Part shown: piece by piece, positions 29,168-32,000 of the stretch | Numbering within the stretch: the stretch's first letter is position 1 | How the letters are laid out: each line of letters begins with the position of its first letter | Assembly (NCBI GenBank): GCA_041649575.1 | Contig: JBAZMW010000002.1 | Coordinates: forward strand, 90,001-122,000 | DNA: 32,000 nt | Reading direction: 5' to 3' | From: Patescibacteria group bacterium | GTDB lineage: Bacteria > Patescibacteriota > Patescibacteriia > 2-01-FULL-39-33 | Made by a program: the position numbers and the translations under genes | The notes under the pieces: generated by a model | Told to the model about the DNA's origin: nothing | The model's database searches: none | Seen by the model: the letters and a program-made list of their open reading frames with translations, nothing else

Positions 29168-30001
29168 ATGATTAAATCGGCAGACAACTTGACTGATCGC
29201 CAGCTGAAATTAAGTTATTGGTATATCACCAACAAGCTGCTTTTAAGAAAATGGCTTAAAATTTTTCTGATTGTTTTATCGGTCATTTTCTGGCTTTTTG
29301 TCCTGTGGCAGTTGATTTTTTTGGCCATCAATTATAGCCAGGAAGATTATCAAACCAGGCGGTTGATTTTTGGTGGTAATCCCAATTTATTGCCACTGGA
29401 CAGCTTAAAGCCGGCTCCACTTCAGACGTCAGTCGTTCAAGCGCTAGGCAATGAGAGTAATGGCTATGACTTTTTTGTTCAGGTGGCCAACAACAACAAG
29501 GACTGGCTGTCAACTTTCGACTACCAATTTGTCGCTCCGGATGGTGGTGGCCAGCTCAAATCGGGCTTTGTTTTACCGGGAGAAACCAAGTACTTAATGG
29601 CTTTGGGCGTCAAAAGTTCGGCGGTTCAGTTTCAGCTAGCTAACCAAAAATGGAGACGGGTCAGCGATATCAGCGGTCTCTATGGTGATCGTTATAATTT
29701 TTTAATTGAGAACGATAAATTTGTCGCCGGTCAAGCGGTTGGTGATCCCGGCAAACTGACCTTTGAGCTAACCAATAAATCAGCCTTTAGTTATTGGGAG
29801 GTGGGCATAACTGCTGTTTTATCCAACGGCGGCAATATCGTTTCGGTCAATTATCTCACTTTAAATCAGGTTAAATCCGGAGAGAAGAGGTTGGTTGAGC
29901 TTTTATGGAACAATCCCTTGCCTCGAGTCGACAGCTTTGAAATTGTTCCCGAAGTGAATATCTTTGACGACAACAATATTATGCCGGTTGACAGTCTTTA
30001 A
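29168..30001 (+). CDS. Hypothetical membrane-anchored protein (277 aa)
   Basis: ORF open from 28949, but upstream codons overlap gyrB. ATG at 29168 starts MIKSADNLTDRQLKLSYWYITN followed by one TM helix. Confidence 0.75.
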   Translation: MIKSADNLTDRQLKLSYWYITNKLLLRKWLKIFLIVLSVIFWLFVLWQLIFLAINYSQEDYQTRRLIFGGNPNLLPLDSLKPAPLQTSVVQALGNESNGYDFFVQVANNNKDWLSTFDYQFVAPDGGGQLKSGFVLPGETKYLMALGVKSSAVQFQLANQKWRRVSDISGLYGDRYNFLIENDKFVAGQAVGDPGKLTFELTNKSAFSYWEVGITAVLSNGGNIVSVNYLTLNQVKSGEKRLVELLWNNPLPRVDSFEIVPEVNIFDDNNIMPVDSL

Positions 30002-30065
30002 AAAAGCCGGTTTTTTATCTTTGACTCAACAAGAAGGTTTTATTTACCTTTATTTTTTTGCCCTC

Positions 30066-30094
30066 TTGACAAGCTTTTTTGTTTGCCTTATTAT
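30066..30094 (+). promoter_or_regulatory. Sigma70-like promoter (TTGACA-N17-TATTAT) of the heat-shock operon
   Basis: TTGACA 30066-30071, TATTAT 30089-30094. Confidence 0.85.
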
Positions 30095-30099
30095 TAAAA

Positions 30100-30126
30100 T
30101 TAGCACTCTAATATTGAGAGTGCTAA
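30100..30126. promoter_or_regulatory. CIRCE operator (HrcA binding site)
   Basis: Perfect TTAGCACTC-N9-GAGTGCTAA directly upstream of hrcA. Confidence 0.98.
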
Positions 30127-30138
30127 TTAAACCAAACC

Positions 30139-30837
30139 ATGGCCGACAGAAAAGACAATCTATTTAAAATTATTGTCGAAGAGTATTTAAATTCGGCCAA
30201 TCCCGTTGGCTCTTCTTTGGTGGTAGAAAAATATTTTCCGGATTTAAGCTCCGCCACCATCAGAAACGAAATGGCCGAATTGGAAGAAGCCGACTTAATT
30301 TATCAGCCACACACTTCGGCTGGCCGCATTCCCACCATCAAGGGTTATCAATATTATTTGGACAAGTTTGTCGGCGCTGGAGAGCTAAACGCCAAACAGC
30401 GAAAGAATTTAGATAAGCTTAGGTCTGAGCTCAAGGCCGATCAAGAGAGTATAAAAGTTTTGGCTAAGAATTTAGCCGAGTTGTCCCGGGAAGCTGTCTT
30501 GATTGGTTTTGGTCCGCAGGATGTTTATTACACCGGTATCGCCAATCTCTTCCGTCAGCCGGAATTTTATCAACAGGCCCTGGTCTATTCCATGTCGGAA
30601 ATAATCGACCATCTCGATGAAGTGATGTTTAAAATTTTTACCAAGATAGATGCCCGAGCCAAAATTTTACTGGGAGCCGACAATCCTTTTGGTGAAGCGT
30701 CGGCCGTCATTTTAGGGCAATACCGCCTGAAAGGACAGCCGGGACTGGTTGGCATTTTGGGGCCGAGTCGCATGAATTATGCTAATAATTTAGGACTAAT
30801 AGACTATACCCAACAAATTATTGGATCCTTAAAATAA
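30139..30837 (+). CDS. hrcA: Heat-inducible transcription repressor HrcA (short form, 232 aa)
   Basis: VEEYLNSANPVGSSLVVEKYFPDLSSATIRNEMAELEEADLIYQPHTSAGRIPTIKGYQYYLD. Confidence 0.93.
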   Translation: MADRKDNLFKIIVEEYLNSANPVGSSLVVEKYFPDLSSATIRNEMAELEEADLIYQPHTSAGRIPTIKGYQYYLDKFVGAGELNAKQRKNLDKLRSELKADQESIKVLAKNLAELSREAVLIGFGPQDVYYTGIANLFRQPEFYQQALVYSMSEIIDHLDEVMFKIFTKIDARAKILLGADNPFGEASAVILGQYRLKGQPGLVGILGPSRMNYANNLGLIDYTQQIIGSLK

Positions 30838-30843
30838 TTAATT

Positions 30844-31344
30844 ATGAGTGAAAACCAAAAAATAGCCGAACTTCAAGAGGAAGTGGCCAAGCTAAAAGAA
30901 GCCTTAACCCTGGCCGAAGGGCAATCGCAGGAACATTTGGCTGGTTGGCAAAGAGCTCGGGCCGATTATTCAAATTTTAAAAGAGAACAGGAAAAGCGTC
31001 AGCAAGAAGTGGTTGAGTTTGCCAACGCCGTTACCTTGGCTGAGATTTTGCCGGTTTATAGCCATTTTAAGTTGGCCTTAAAACACATTCCTCAGGAACA
31101 AAAAAAAGAAGCCTGGGTAGAAGGTATAATCCAAATTGGCAAACAATTTATTGATTTTTTGAAAAAATTCAAAATAGAAGAGATTAAAACCATAGGGGAA
31201 AAGTTTAATCATGAATTTCATGAAGCTGTAGTTCACGAAGAAAAAAATGGCTTTGAGTCGGACGTGATTTTTGAAGAGGTGAGTCCGGGCTATTTGTTGG
31301 CCGGCAAAGTCTTGCAGCCGGCTAAAGTCAAAGTAGCAAAATAA
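30844..31344 (+). CDS. grpE: Nucleotide exchange factor GrpE
   Basis: GWQRARADYSNFKREQEKRQQE, EKFNHEFHEAVVHEE, VSPGYLLAGKVLQPAKVKVAK. Confidence 0.95.
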   Translation: MSENQKIAELQEEVAKLKEALTLAEGQSQEHLAGWQRARADYSNFKREQEKRQQEVVEFANAVTLAEILPVYSHFKLALKHIPQEQKKEAWVEGIIQIGKQFIDFLKKFKIEEIKTIGEKFNHEFHEAVVHEEKNGFESDVIFEEVSPGYLLAGKVLQPAKVKVAK

Positions 31345-31350
31345 TTTTAA

Positions 31351-31370
31351 AATTTTAGAATTCTAAAATT
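31351..31370. repeat. Perfect 20-bp palindrome AATTTTAGAATTCTAAAATT after grpE
   Basis: Direct reading. Confidence 0.8.
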
Positions 31371-31480
31371 ACTGCCGTGCTGGTCTGCCGGCAGCAGGAA
31401 GATTTTATAAATATTAATTCGCTTATTCGCTTTGTCTGTAAATTTTTATAGGCAAGCATAGGCGGCAAGGAGACAAAGAT

Positions 31481-31903
31481 ATGGCCTTAATAAAATGGAC
31501 ACCATTTCCTTTTGCCGAACCATACGACGAAATGGACAAGTTTTTTGAATCTTGGCCGGCTTTAGCCAATAACTTCACCCCGGCTATTGATGTCTATCAG
31601 GATAAGGAGGCGGTGATCGTCGAAGCGCCCTTGGCTGGCATCGATCCGGAAAAAATAGACATTGCTATCGAAAACGATGTTTTGACCATCAAAGGCGAAA
31701 ATGAGAAAAAATCAGAGGTGGATGAAAAAAATTATTATCGCAAAGAGGTGCGTCATGGCAGTTTTTATCGAGCGGTGCAATTGCCAACCCGTGTTGCTGG
31801 CGATGCGGCTCAAGCCACTTATAATAAGGGCATCCTAACTATCCGGATTCCCAAAAGCCCGGAAGCCAAGCCCAAGAGCATCAAAGTTCAAATTAAAGAT
31901 TAA
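31481..31903 (+). CDS. Hsp20/alpha-crystallin small heat-shock protein
   Basis: FTPAIDVYQDKEAVIVEAPLAGIDPEKIDIAIENDVLTIKGENE...GSFYRAVQLPTRV...YNKGILTIRIPK. Confidence 0.95.
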   Translation: MALIKWTPFPFAEPYDEMDKFFESWPALANNFTPAIDVYQDKEAVIVEAPLAGIDPEKIDIAIENDVLTIKGENEKKSEVDEKNYYRKEVRHGSFYRAVQLPTRVAGDAAQATYNKGILTIRIPKSPEAKPKSIKVQIKD

Positions 31904-31918
31904 TATTTTCTTTTTGAG

Positions 31919-31938
31919 GCGAGAAAGGCCTTTCTCGC
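31919..31938. repeat. Perfect 10-bp inverted repeat GCGAGAAAGG|CCTTTCTCGC between hsp20 and dnaK
   Basis: Direct reading. Confidence 0.85.
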
Positions 31939-31977
31939 TTCTGATGGATAAGTATTAAATTAAAAATAACCAAAAAT

Positions 31978-32000
31978 ATGCCAAAAATTTTAGGAATCGA
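31978..32000 (+). CDS. dnaK: DnaK N-terminus (partial, runs off the window)
   Basis: ATG CCA AAA ATT TTA GGA ATC = MPKILGI, in the expected hrcA-grpE-dnaK position. Confidence 0.75.

Noticed and set aside
30002-30024. Terminator after the 277-aa gene (AAAAAAGCCGGTTTTTT)
   Set aside because: A/T-dominated symmetry with only a very short GC core. Possible but too weak to call.

Overview
The window looks like a chromosomal segment from a small-genome, Patescibacteria/CPR-like bacterium. That lineage guess is an inference from gene style and content. Almost all genes lie on the + strand: lower-glycolysis genes (pgk, eno and two tandem gpmI paralogs), an envelope glycan block (three GT2, DUF4012, MreB, GT4), holB, a beta-propeller lipoprotein, frr, rseP, an archaeal-type proS, a cell-shape operon (mreB2-mreC-mreD-mrdA), greA, and a CIRCE-controlled hrcA-grpE-hsp20-dnaK operon. 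gyrB is on the - strand. I found no CRISPR array, defence island or classical transposon. The most interesting non-standard signals are: (1) a ~430-nt predicted structured RNA on the - strand between rseP and the 123-aa gene, with its own promoter-like sequence, a 12-bp closing helix and an intrinsic terminator; (2) a self-contained orphan cassette antisense between eno and gpmI (promoter, structured leader, strong SD, 146-aa ORFan, terminator); (3) a GIY-YIG nuclease ORF bracketed tightly by inverted copies of a GTCATTGCGAG...GCGAAGCAATC repeat; (4) tandem divergent gpmI paralogs and a divergent enolase; and (5) a short HypA-like protein lacking a zinc-finger region.
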